DNA from: Eledone cirrhosa
Lineage: Eukaryota
Reading direction: 5' to 3'
DNA: 64,000 nucleotides
Assembly: GCA_964016885.1 (NCBI GenBank)
Contig: OZ024741.1
Location: 157,232,001 to 157,296,000, forward strand
Part shown: positions 1 to 11,695 of the stretch, one piece after another
Numbering within the stretch: position 1 is the stretch's first letter
Layout of the letters: every line of letters begins with the position of its first letter
The notes under the pieces: generated by a model
What the model was told of the DNA's origin: nothing
Databases searched by the model: none
The model's input: the letters and a program-made list of their open reading frames with translations, nothing else
Program-made: the position numbers and the translations under genes

Positions 1-1330
1 GCTACATCAGCTAACATGGGGAACCTCATGGTGGTCCTTACGTATGCTAGAAATAGCAGCTAAATAGGACCCTCTAAATGGTCCATAGTTGTGCTAGAAA
101 TAGCAGCTAAAGAGGAGGAACCTCATGGTAGTCCATATGTGTGCTAGAATTAGCAGCATAATGAGGGGAACCTTATGGTAGTCTATGGGTTTGCTAGAAA
201 TAGCAGTGAAATAGGAGGAACCTCATGCTGGTCCATAGGTTGCTAGAAATAGTAGCTACCTGACCTAAACAGGAGGAACACCATGGTGATCCATAGGTGT
301 GCTATCCATAGCAGCTAAATAGGAGAAATCTCATGGTGGTAAATAGATGTGCTAGAATAGCAGCTACATCAGCTAAATACGAGGAACCTTATAGTGGTCA
401 ATAGGTTTGTTAGAAATAGCAGCTACAATGTCTAAACAGGGGAACTTTATGGTGGTCCATATGTGTGCTAGAAATAGCAGTTAATTAAGGGGAATCTCAT
501 GGTGTTCTATAGGTGAGTTAGAAATAGCAGCTACATAAGCTAAACAGGTGGTCCTCATGGTGGTCCATAGGTGTGTTAGAAATAGCTAAACAGGAGGAAT
601 TTCATGTGGTCCATAGGTGCTCTAGAAATAGCAGCTAAATAGGAGGAACCTCATTGTGATCCATAAGTGTGCTAAATATAGCAGCTACATCAGCTAAACA
701 GGGGGAACCTCATGGTGGTCCTTGTGTGTGCTAGAAATAGGAGGAACATCATAGTGATCCATAGGTGTGCTAGAAATAGCAGCTAAACAGAGGGAAGCTT
801 ATGGTAATCCATATGTGTACTAGAATTAGCAGCTATATGAGGCGAACCTCATGGTAATCCATGGGTTTGCTAGAAATAGCAGCTAAATAGGGGAACCTCA
901 TGTTACCCATAGGTGTGCTGAAAATAACTACTTGAGCTAAACAAGAGGAACCTCATGGTGGTCCATAGGTGTGTTAGAAATAGCAGCTAATCAGGGTTTT
1001 CCTCATGGTGATCCATAGGTGAGCTAGAAAGAGCAGCTAAATATGAGGAACCTCATGGTGGTCCATAGATGTGCTAGAAATATCAGCTACATCAGCTGAA
1101 GAGGGGAATCCTCATGGTGTTCCATAGGTTTGTTATAAATAGCAGCTAAAAGGAGGATCTCATGGTGGTCTATAGGTGTGCTAGAAATAGCAGCTACATG
1201 AGCTAAACAGGAAGAAAATATAGGTGGTCAATAGGTGTACTAGAAAAACAGCTAAATATGAGGAACCTCATGGTGGTCCATAGATTTGCTAGAGATAGCA
1301 GCTAAATAGGGGAACATAATGATGGTCCAT
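1..1330. repeat. Degenerate tandem satellite, ~45-58 nt unit (consensus ~CCTCATGGTGGTCCATAGGTGTGCTAGAAATAGCAGCTAAATAGGAGGAA), truncated by the window edge
   Basis: More than 20 consecutive imperfect copies are visible. It lies upstream of the first CIR1 exon seen here, so it is presumably intronic. Confidence 0.9.
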
Positions 1331-1808
1331 ATATATATATGGTGGTAGTGCAGGAGTCAAAATAAAATGCTCCCGTTACATACTGTAATGTGGTTGGCAT
1401 TAGGAACAGAATCTAGCCACAGAAACCGTGCCCAAAATGGTGTGTATGTGCAAGGCATAGTCACCTGACCAGTATGGCTTCATTACTTGACATGCCTCAA
1501 GAGCATTTAGCTATAGAAACCACGTCTAACTGGATCATATATTTGAAGCCTATCTGGGAGGAGAGTAGCTCCAATTAAGTACTGACTTGATCTGTGTCAA
1601 CCTGTCTAACTCATACCAGATTAAATGAGGATGTATATGTATGCATCTGAGTTCATCTATACCTATTTATAAAAACATTGCTTCCATTTACATTGAAAAA
1701 TAAAAAAAAATATACAAAAACATTCAATAAAAGTAGATGTATGATGTATGTCCAAAACTATGGCTGTTGATGATGAGGGTTATAACTATAATGTTTTATA
1801 TTTTGCAG

Positions 1809-1960
1809 CTATGCTAAAAACGATGACACCATTCGTGATCAGCCATTTGGAATTGAAGTCAGGAATGTACGTTGCATCAAGTGCCGTGAGTGGGGTCATG
1901 TTAACACTGATAAGATATGCCCTCTCTATGGGAAAAGCTTAACTGCCGAACCATCTCAGT
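1809..1960 (+). CDS. CIR1: CIR1 internal coding exon (zinc-knuckle region); earlier exons lie outside the window
   Basis: Acceptor ttttgcag and donor gtaagt. Translates [50 protein letters not shown], matching the CIR1 motif [31 protein letters not shown]. Ends in phase 1. Confidence 0.93.
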
Positions 1961-2064
1961 GTAAGTACTACAACAGATCTACTGTATGACAACCTCCTTA
2001 CCACTTGATATTTCTCACATTTAATTCTGAACATCATTTAATCATTTAACAAAATGTATCTAAA

Positions 2065-2445
2065 AATGAGTCATGAATCTTGGGTAATGACCGAAAAAAA
2101 TGGCTTGCGAATTTAAGAGGCCGAAATGGGGTTCTTCTGAAGGGTCTTTGAAATAACATTACTCAATAGAGTTGCACCAGGTAGAGCGACTACTTCTCTG
2201 AATTGAGAGATCACAGATCTGATATTTTGAATATGTGGTTAGAATGTCTCAGAAAAAAATCGCTGGACAGATTTTACAGGCAAAACCAACCAGCAGGAGA
2301 CCCAGGGGTAAACCCCAAGCAAGATGGTTGAATAAGATCCATGACCTCAGCTGGTCTCACTTGGAGACCCAGCCGGATCAATTATAGAAGGTTGCTTCTG
2401 ATAGGACTTGCTGGAAGGCGTGCTTGAGGACTCTGCCCCCATCGA
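2065..2445 (+). mobile_element. Degenerate RTE-clade LINE 3' fragment
   Basis: Broken frames give HESWVMTEK..EAEMGFF, VVRM and RRPRGKP..RW, motifs typical of the RTE ORF2 C-terminus. Confidence 0.6.
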
Positions 2446-2776
2446 AGAAGGATTTGGTAATTTAAATTTTAATAGTATCTGTGGACAGTGAATAGTATCT
2501 TTGGACAGTAAATTGAAGACATTAATGCTATCATAGTGCTGTTTTGAACTTTTTAAGAATGTGTTAATGGAATTTCATATGATTTATTACTTCATATATT
2601 TATAGTAACTTTACAATGGGCAAATCATTGTGGAATCCATGCTAAAATTCTATAAATTACAACACATAGGCTGTTGAAATTTTAAGAGAGAAAACGATTA
2701 GTTATCTCTCTTTGGTTAATGTTATTTATTAGAAATACCAGCAGGCTTGTGACAGTAATATTGATGGCAATTCATA

Positions 2777-3612
2777 TATGAGCTATGTCAAAATAGTATC
2801 TGACTTTAAGCTGGGAAATTAAAATTACATACTTGGTGGGGTTCAGTTGCTAATCCCCTTTGAAGTAGATCCCTTCTACCTCCCCATATTTAGCCCAACA
2901 ATCTTTCCACTGTTTGAAGCACATCGGCAATGCTGCTTCTATGGCTCTCTGTTTCACTGTCTCAGTCTACATTATGTCTTCTCTTCTCTCAAAGTGGGAA
3001 CTTTTCAGTGCCATCTTCATTTTTGAGAACAACCAAAAGTCAGGAGTCGTCTGAAGCATAGAAAGCCTGTTGAATGAGCAAAATGCTTTTTTTTTTTGCC
3101 AAGAAACCTAGGATTGGCTGCAGTGAATGAGCTGGGGCATTGTCATGATACAGTTGCCAATTTTGTGAAGTCCACAGATTTGGTCTCTTGTACCAAACTG
3201 CACCATGAAGACGTTGGGGACTTCCTTGTACTACTCCTTTGTAACTGTGTGACCTTCTGCTGTATATTCGCAATGCACAATGCCTTGGTTGTTGAAGAAA
3301 ACAGCCAACCTTACCATAATTTTGCTCTGCACTTGAAATGATTTTTTGGGCTTTTGCAAGCAACATTGGATGCTTCTACTGTAATGACTGAGCTTTGGTT
3401 CCTGGGTCATACACACACATCTCATCTCTAGTTATCACAGTATTCAGGAACTCAGTATCAAGCAAAATGAAAATGCAACCTCACACTCTGGCTGCCTGAA
3501 AGAGACTGACAAATCTGATGAGCTCGCCAAAATCCACATATTTTTGTCTCCCTAACGCCATTGTTTACCAAGGTAAAAAATAAAGTAGGATACTTTTTCA
3601 ACAGACCTTGTA
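2777..3612 (-). mobile_element. Tc1/mariner (mariner) relic
   Basis: Imperfect TIRs with TA ends. Transposase remnants VFFNNQGIVHCEY and WQLYHDNAPAHS. Confidence 0.85.
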
Positions 3613-4266
3613 TATATTAAAGGTTATTCATATGCATGACTTATCTGATGGAATGGAATTAATGTCTATGGAGCTTAAAGCTTCAACAAGATGGGTGGAT
3701 AACTGACCATACATATATGTTAGGAAATTATTTAGATAAACCCCATTATTATGCTTTTAACCTCTCTTTCTCTATCTCTCTACTCTCCTACATCCTCTCT
3801 CTCTTGACATGTATCTATATTTTTCTATCTCTCTACCTTCTCTCTTGACATGTATCACTTCCTCTATATCTCTATTCCTCCTACATGCCTCCCTCTCAAT
3901 TGACATATCTCTACTCCCCTGCATCTCTCTCTGTTCCCCTTTCTAGTAGTTGTGACATTAAACTCTGATTTTCTTCTTCCTATAGACTTCTTTGATCTCA
4001 CATTCTCTTTCTAATCATGTTTTATTACTAATAATCATTGTCATCTCTCTCACTCCCTCTCAGCACAACAGAAGTGTGTCTATAAGGAATTGAAAGTTGT
4101 AAGGGTGAAAAAGAAATAGATAACAAGAGAGAGAAAACAGTAATTTTATCAAAAGTTACACTCAGAATAATAAGTATATAAACCTACAGATACATTATGC
4201 ATCTTATGTTGGATGGTAAGAAAATTCTTAATCCACTGATTTGTTGCTTCTGCCTTTCATTCACAG

Positions 4267-4352
4267 CCCGGAATGACTCCTCTCTCATGGAAAGTATGCA
4301 AGAAGATGGCTTGGCATTAAAAAAGAATATCATGGGAAGGCTGATTGAGGAG
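4267..4352 (+). CDS. CIR1: CIR1 internal coding exon
   Basis: Acceptor ttcacag and donor gtaagt. Phase 1 in, phase 0 out. Encodes (S)RNDSSLMESMQEDGLALKKNIMGRLIEE, which resembles the CIR1 MRxxGxALKxxxxGR segment. Confidence 0.88.
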
Positions 4353-4717
4353 GTAAGTACTTTCTTCTCAATTTCAAAATGGACATGGACTCTTAATTCC
4401 TTATGGAATTAAACCAGATAGAGCCCATCCTTTTTCAGGTCTGGACACAGCCAATTTCTTCCAGAGCAGGAGAGAGCTAGGGGAAAAATTGACCCTAGTA
4501 TCTGACTGGACTGGTACTTTATTTATCAACCTCAATAAGATGAAAGGTGAAGTTAACTTTGATAGGATTTGAAGTCAGATCATAGCTGGAACTTAATCTG
4601 AAGCACTAACAACTCTGCCAATTGATCACCCTCAGTTTAATATAGGTTCATTGTTTCCGTGCATGTCATTAAGCATCATTTAAGGGTTGTATAAGTATAT
4701 ATATATATATATATACG

Positions 4718-5930
4718 TACAAGGGTCAACTGAAAAGTTCATAGGCTGACCAAGATACTCTCAGAGAATGTGACCAAATGAGGTCTATTTTTCAACATGG
4801 TCCCCCTTGCGGTCAACACTGCAGTGCTTGGATCCCATTGTTGAAGAAGCTTTCATACTGTTTGTCAAAAAATCATATTAAGCAGATACGATGTTATCAT
4901 CACTGTGATACTGGTTGCCAGCCAAGTGTTTTTTCATGTTGAGGATTGGGCCAAATCAGGATAATGGGAAGGGTGATCAACCAGTTCAAAGCCACAATCA
5001 TGCACAGCAGCCATTGAAACCAAGCACTTGTGTTGTGGTGCACTGTCCTGATGAAACAAGACCCTTTTCGTCAGTTTTCCTGAGCGTTTGGTCTTGATAG
5101 CCTTTCATAACTGCCTCAGCAAGTTGGCATAGTACTCTCCATTGATGGTATAGCCTTTTTGATGAGAGTCAATAAACACTGCCTTTTGCATCCAAAACAA
5201 CCAAGGCCGTCATCTTCCCTGCAGATCAAACGACCTTTGCCTTCTTTGGAGCAGGTGAGGAGAGGTGTTTCTACTGCATGGATTGTCACTTTGTCTCTGG
5301 CTTAAAGTGATAAATCCAACACTCATCCTGTGTTAGTAATTGTTCCAGGAAACCAGCTGGATCTGCCTCAAACAATGTCAGATTTTCCCATGATGTGATC
5401 AGCCTTGTGCGCTTTTGATCAGATCTCACATGTGGCTTCCACCAAACAGAAACCTTCCTCGTACTAAGTTCATTGTGCAGAATATTCTCAACTCCCTCAT
5501 GGGATATGCTAATAGCACTGGCTATTTGATTTATAGTCAATTGCATGTCATTCATCACCATATGGTGAACACAATCAATGTTTTTTTTGGTGGTGGCAGT
5601 TGCAGGACATCCAGACCTTGGGTCATGTTCAAGACTCTCCCTTCCCCTTCTAAATTCAGCTGTCCTCTTTTACACTGTTGATAAAGCTGGAGCATTATCC
5701 CCTAATGTAGCAACCATGTCAGCATGATTGTCTTTTTCTGCAGGTACTTTGATGCCAAATTTAGTCGCTACTAGTTACTTTTGTTGTCTTTGAACAGTCA
5801 CATGTCAGTTTACCGGGACAGAAGCAATTAATAAAAAAAAAGTAAAATTAAGATTAATACATGGAAGATTTCACAGCGCTAACATCATTCCTTCATAGTC
5901 AGTTTATGAACTTTTCAGCCCACCCTCATA
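4718..5930 (-). mobile_element. mariner transposon, near full length, frameshifted
   Basis: TIRs TACAAGGGTCAACTGAAAAGTTCATAGGCTGAC / GTCAGTTTATGAACTTTTCAGCCCACCCTCATA. ORF 5286..5561 carries the helix-turn-helix region and LTQDECWIYHFKPETK (TGDExW..PE motif). Confidence 0.9.
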
Positions 5931-6054
5931 CATATACCCCCCCTCTTTCCATACACCACCTTTGTCCTAACACTCCACACTTCACCTACATGCTAGCACC
6001 CCACCCTAGACCGACCTCTCCAGTCCCCAGTTCACACTCTAGAGTGGTTGTTTT

Positions 6055-6230
6055 GGGGACATGACAAAAAGCACCCAGTCCATACTAAATGTGGTTGGCG
6101 TTAGAAACGGCATCCAGCCGTAGAAACGAATCCAGAAACAGTTCTGTATGAGCAAGACATAGTCATCTGATCTGGCTTGTCTAACCCATGCTAGCATGGA
6201 AAAATGGACATTAAATGGTGATAATGATAT
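6055..6230 (+). mobile_element. SINE 3' portion (OK-like family, shares its tail with the RTE LINE)
   Basis: GGTTGGCGTTAGAAACGGCATCCAGCCGTAGAAA...CCCATGCTAGCATGGAAAAATGGACATTAAATG. Related copies at ~8560, 15400, 25790, 28640 and 59070 (-). Confidence 0.7.
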
Positions 6231-6717
6231 ATATATACTTGAAAAGAGGAAACGAATGACTTCACTTGTAGTTCTAAACAATTTAATTTTATAATATTTC
6301 AATTTTGCTATGTGGATCTGGTAAATTGTTAACTTCAGTGGGAAGTTTTTTAGGATTCCTGGTTAACTTTCTGGAGAACTTTCTCGCATTCGTTGGTGGC
6401 AATCGTCAAACAGATCTAAAGCTGCAGTGCGATGTGTGACTCTATTTATAAGAGATTTGTGTGTGTCTGATGAGGGGAGGGGGTGTTAATGAGGATAGAA
6501 GTGAAGGAGTGTTGACGAAGATTTAAAGAATATATATACAAAAAGATGAAAGAAAATAGTAAATAGTAAAAGCAAGATGGTTGATTGAGAGTGGTGTTGG
6601 GGGTGAGGGAGCCGGATGTGATGATCAGATTTCTTCCCTGGAGGTAAAATTAATGGGTGTTTAATGAGTGTTTTAGAAAGGGGTTGTAAAAGTCTCCATC
6701 CACCCTTATAAAAATAA

Positions 6718-6890
6718 TTGTTTCTACTTTTGGCACAAGGCCAGCAATTATCCAGTGCATTACTGGTACTTTATTTTATCGACCCCGTAAGGATGAAAGG
6801 CAAAGTTAACCTCGGCGGGATTTGAACTCAAACCATAAAGGGGCGTAACTCTTTGCTGCAAAGCATAGCGTCAGACCCTCTACCGATACT
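6718..6890 (-). mobile_element. tRNA-derived SINE (OR-like family), representative copy
   Basis: TTTCTACTTTTGGCACAAGGCCAG...ACTGGTACTTTATTTTATCGACCCCGTAAGGATGAAAGGCAAAGTTAACCTCGGCGGGATTTGAACTC (B-box-like GAGTTCAAATCCC on -). Similar copies at ~23518, 27103, 34385, 34550, 49322 and 60872. Confidence 0.8.
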
Positions 6891-7004
6891 ATAAAAATAA
6901 TGTGTATCAGCCATTGTTGTTTTCTTTGGACAAGGTAGATAACTCAGTTTGTCTCATTTAAAACCCTTTCGACTCTGTACTGATTTCAGGTAATTGCTGC
7001 ATGA

Positions 7005-7375
7005 AGTGTTTAGGGTGTCCGGCACACAATTGTATGGTTAGGAGTTTGATTTCCGGTGAAACATTTTGTCTTTTAGCATGACACTTTATTTCATGCTACT
7101 TCATTCCACTAAGCTGGAAATAATTAGTTGCACCTGTAATTCAAAGCGCCTGTCTTGTCACTGTCGTGTTAAATCTCCTTGAGAATTACATTGAGAGTAC
7201 ACATCTGTAGAATGCTCAGCCACTTCTGCTATAATCCAAGATGATCTATACCTGTAATTCAAAGGACCAGCCTTGTCACACACACTGTACCTAGCTAAAT
7301 TTTCCTGAGAACTACATTGAGGGTACACATATCTGTGGAATGCTCATCCATTTACTTGTTAATTTCACAAGCAGA
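7005..7375 (+). mobile_element. Second tRNA-headed SINE family (degenerate)
   Basis: tRNA-like head followed by a CTTGAGCAAGACACTT-like / CACTCAGCTG core. Relatives at ~8770, 15185, 23865, 31520 (-) and 50765 (-). Confidence 0.55.
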
Positions 7376-7798
7376 CTGTACTATTCATCAGAACCAACAG
7401 AGGTCCAACAACGCAACAGGCAGTTTGGTATCTTCTTTAGTTCGTTTTGCATCCTATGGAGTATTGAGGAATTACAGGTCTCTATTTCACATGGTTGCAA
7501 ACCTAGTCATGGGCCTGTTTCCAGGCCAGGTATCTGCTTGTCATTTTGTAGGAATTTTGTTCAATGGGGGGTAAGGTTTCTAGCCTAGGGATCCAACTTT
7601 CCTCCCTTCTCAACACAGATGAAAAACTAATCTAATGTAAGGGGGAATAACTCTAGGCACTATCAACCAAAACCAGCAGAGCCTGAAACTCAAATTCCAA
7701 TCTATTTTCAAAGAAACATTAGATAACACTATGTCCAGTATTGAAAGAATGTTTCTTTAAATCCTGGATAACTGTATGTCCAGTATTGAAATGATTCT

Positions 7799-8004
7799 TT
7801 AACCCTTTAATATTTACATTACTCTATATATTCTATTGTATTTTCGTGGTAATGGATCTACCTCACATAATGTCGAATCTATCAGATTTTGATATTATTT
7901 ACTTTGAGAACAATTCCTTAGCATTAGTGTGACTGGCCAGTTTGAACAGAAAGAGGTGAGACAATTCTGGCCGGATACAGCCGGTTTAAATGCTAAAGGG
8001 TTAA
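7799..8004. mobile_element. piggyBac-type MITE (~200 bp)
   Basis: TTAA-CCCTTT...AAAGGG-TTAA ends. Further copies at 26439-26624, 27686-27914 and 51770-51993. Confidence 0.8.
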
Positions 8005-8197
8005 ATTGTATTAATCTCTATGAAATAATATTTTACATATTACAACAATTTTCTTTTGTATTTTTTAAAGCATTATCAAACATAATTTAATAGTAAATGT
8101 TTTCTTTTATTAATAAATCATTTCCGAAAAGTCCTGCAGATTTGATATCAAAAGAAATAAATGATTTTTCCATCCTTGCTTTGGTTTCTATTTCCAG

Positions 8198-8283
8198 AAA
8201 GATGTCGAAGTAAAAGATGATGACGATGAAGAAGTGAAATTCCTCAAGTCTTTGACACCACATCAAAAGAAGAAACTACTGAA
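8198..8283 (+). CDS. CIR1: CIR1 internal coding exon
   Basis: Acceptor tttccag and donor gtaagt. Phase 0 in, phase 2 out. Encodes KDVEVKDDDDEEVKFLKSLTPHQKKKLLK, matching CIR1 EVxFLKSLTxxQKxKLL. Confidence 0.9.
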
Positions 8284-8309
8284 GTAAGTAGTCATAGTGG
8301 TTTACAACC

Positions 8310-8560
8310 CTGGTGCACCTAGTACTCTTTGTACAGAAGTAATGCTGGTGCCATGATAAAATGTACCCAGTGCACACTGTAAAGTGGTAGTGATGGTGCC
8401 ACAATAATGTGTACCCAGTACACACAATTAAGTGATAATGCTGGTACCATCATAAAATGCACCTCATATACTCTATTAAGTGGTAGTGTTGGTGCCACAA
8501 TAAAATGAACCCAGTACACTCTGTAAATTAGAAGTGTTGATCTCATGACCATGCTATAAA
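8310..8560 (+). repeat. ~42-nt tandem repeat derived from a SINE segment
   Basis: About 5-6 copies of AGTACACTCTGTAAAGTGGTAGTGCTGGTGCCACAATAAAATGTACCC, running directly into an OK-like SINE tail. Confidence 0.7.
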
Positions 8561-9416
8561 GTGGTTTGCATTAGGATGGGCATCTAGCCATAAAAACCAT
8601 GCCAAATGGAATATATGAGCAAGACATGGTCCTTCGACCTGGTTGTCTCAAACTCTGCCAACCAGTCCAACATGCAAAACATGGAACATAGACATTAAAC
8701 ATTTTTTACATCAGATTTTCCTTACTGGTATGGAGTGGTTAAGGCATGGGGTCTTGTGAATAGGATGTTGGTTTCAGTATTGTCAGTTTGGGTCCTGGAC
8801 TAGGCAGCACAGCACGTTATGTTCTTGAGCAAGACACTTCCTCCAGTTCACTCAGCTGACAAAAATTAGGATCTTCTTTTGTTGGGTGTTAACCTTGCAA
8901 TTGACTGGCATCACATCCAAGGTGTAGTCTTCTACTTTCAGAAACTTAACACCAATGAATCTAAGATAAGCTCTCGCCTGTTAAGGCTGTATATAATACA
9001 CTAGATATGCCATATATAATACACTTGATATGCCATATATTATACACTAGATATACTACATATTATATACTAGATATTACATACTAGATATAATATATTT
9101 TACATACTAGATACACTGCATACTACATAATAGATATACTATGCATTGTATACTAGACTTGCTATATATTATATACCCGACATGTATGTATTACACACTA
9201 GATATACTATGTATCATACACTAGATATACTATATATTACATAATAGATATACTATGCATTATATACTAGACATGCTATATATCATTTGATATGCTATGT
9301 ATTATACACTAGATATAAAATATATTATACACTAGATATAATATGTATTATACACTAGATATACTATGTATTACACACTAGATATACTATGTATTATACA
9401 CTAGATATAATATAAA

Positions 9417-10830
9417 TAATAATAATAATGAAATTATTGTGTAAAGTGCTCAGGTGCACTACAACTCGTCAAAGGTGTATGTATAGTACATAGAATAATA
9501 CACAAATATCAGGGAAGTACATGTGTGTATGTGTTAGCTGTAGTGTTGGCGGATCTCGAGAAGCATGGAGGCCTTAAAGGATGCAGTGTCTCGACAGCTA
9601 ACAACTGATGCAGGTAGTTTGTTCCATGCTTCAGCAACTCTGAGCGTGAAAAAATGTTTCCGAAAGTCATGGGAACTGTGCTGTTTTCTTACTTTGTGGG
9701 CATGTCCACGTGTGTTAGACACATGGAAATCAAAAAGGTACTCAGGGTTGTTGTTGGCAACATGGTTAACAATTTTGTGTGTTTACCAAGTCAGTTGCCA
9801 GGCGTCGGAGCTTCAATGTATCCATGCCCAGGGGAGCAAGGCGTTCAGAGTATGGTAGATGCCTGATGGAGGGTATTCGCTTGGCTGCACATCTCTGAAC
9901 AGTTTCCAGGCGGTCAATGTTCTGAGCAAGATAGGGGTTCCAGACTGGTGATGCAAATTCTAAGTGGTCGCACCATAGCCATGTACAGCCTTAAATAGAT
10001 ATCTGGAGAGCGGCTGACAAAGGTCTTGCTGAGTGATGCTAAGACATCCTCAACCCTCTTGACAATTTTAGAGACGTGCTTCGTCCAACGCAAATCGCTG
10101 CTGACCGTAATGCCCAGGTCACATTCACAAGAAGACTTCTTGATATTAGTGCTGTGGAGGGAGTATGTGGACGCTGGGTTTTTACTCCCAAAATGCATGG
10201 TGGTGCACTTGTCCACAGCTAGCTTGAGTTGCCAGTCAGATCCATTGCTGCATTGTGTCCAGGTCAGACTGCAAGCAAGATCTATAGTGTTCAGGATCTG
10301 TCCTTTTTATCTCAAGGTACAGCTTGATGTCGTCTGCGTACTTTAGTACTGTGGCATTCTTTAAGTTGGCATCTATGTCATTAATATATGACACAAACAA
10401 AAGGGGGCCAAGAACAGATCCCTGTGGTACACCAGATGACATCTCATATGGTGAGGAATGCTGTCCCAGAACCGTGACTACCTCTCCTCGACTGAGAATG
10501 AAGGACTTCAACCAGTTAAAAAGATCATCCTTCACACCCATTGCAGAGAGTTTTGCCATAAGCCTTTTGTGTGGCACAGAATTGAAGGCTTTCGCAAAGT
10601 CAAGGTAAACAACATCCACCCATGAGCCGCCATCAGTGATCCGGGTGATGTCCTCAAGAAACTCTATAAGTTGATCACAGCAGCTTGAGTTGGGGATAAA
10701 TCCAAATTGCGAGGGCCGGATAAGACTGTGAGAACTCCAGAAGTTCCAAAGTGTTTCTCTGACACAGGATTCCATCAGTTTGGCGATGCAACTAGTAAGA
10801 CTGACTGGACGATAGTTCACAGGTGATGTG
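9417..10830 (-). mobile_element. CR1-type LINE, 5'-truncated (RT domain to 3' end)
   Basis: ORF 10236..10820 has NYRPVSLTS, YLDFAKAF, GVPQGSVLGPLLF and YADD. Downstream frames give TRGH..FFTLRV..WNKLP. Ends in an (ATT)n tail. Confidence 0.92.
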
Positions 10831-11695
10831 GTAATATGTATTACACACTAGATATAATATGTATTACTAGATATACTATGCATTACACACTAGATATAAT
10901 ATGTATTACACACTAGATATAATATGTATTACTAGATATACTATGCATTACACACTAGATATAATATGTATTACTAGATATACTATGCATTACACACTAG
11001 ATATAATATGTATTACACACTAGATATAATATGTATTACTAGATATACTATGCATTACACACTAGATATAATATGTATTACTAGATATACTATGCATTAC
11101 ACACTAGATATAATATGTATTACTAGATATACTATGCATTACACACTAGATATAATATGTATTACACACTAGATGTACTATGTATTACACACTAGATATA
11201 ATATGTATTACACACTAGATATACTATGCATTACACACTAGATATAATATGTATTACTAGATATACTATGCATTACACACTAGATATAATATGTATTACT
11301 AGATATACTATGCATTACACACTAGATATAATATGTATTACACACTAGATATAATATGTATTACTAGATATACTATGCATTACGCACTAGATATAATATG
11401 TATTACACACTAGATATAATATGTATTACTAGATATACTAGGCATTACACACTAGATATAATATGTACTAGATGTACTATGTATTACACACTAGATATAA
11501 TATGTATTACACACTAGATGTACTATGCATTACACACTAGATATAATATGTATTACACACTAGATGTACTATGCATTATACACTAGATATACTATGCATA
11601 TAGACTAGATATACTATGCATATAGACTAGATATACTATGCATTATACACTAGATATAATATGTATTACACACTAGATATAATATGTATTACACA

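Noticed and set aside
1-1330. CRISPR array or tandem hammerhead (retrozyme) array
   Set aside because: There are no unique spacers and no cas genes, and the context is eukaryotic. CTCATGG..GAAA only loosely resembles the hammerhead core and lacks consistent stems.
1748-1942. 64-aa ORF as an independent gene
   Set aside because: It is an alternative frame over the CIR1 exon.
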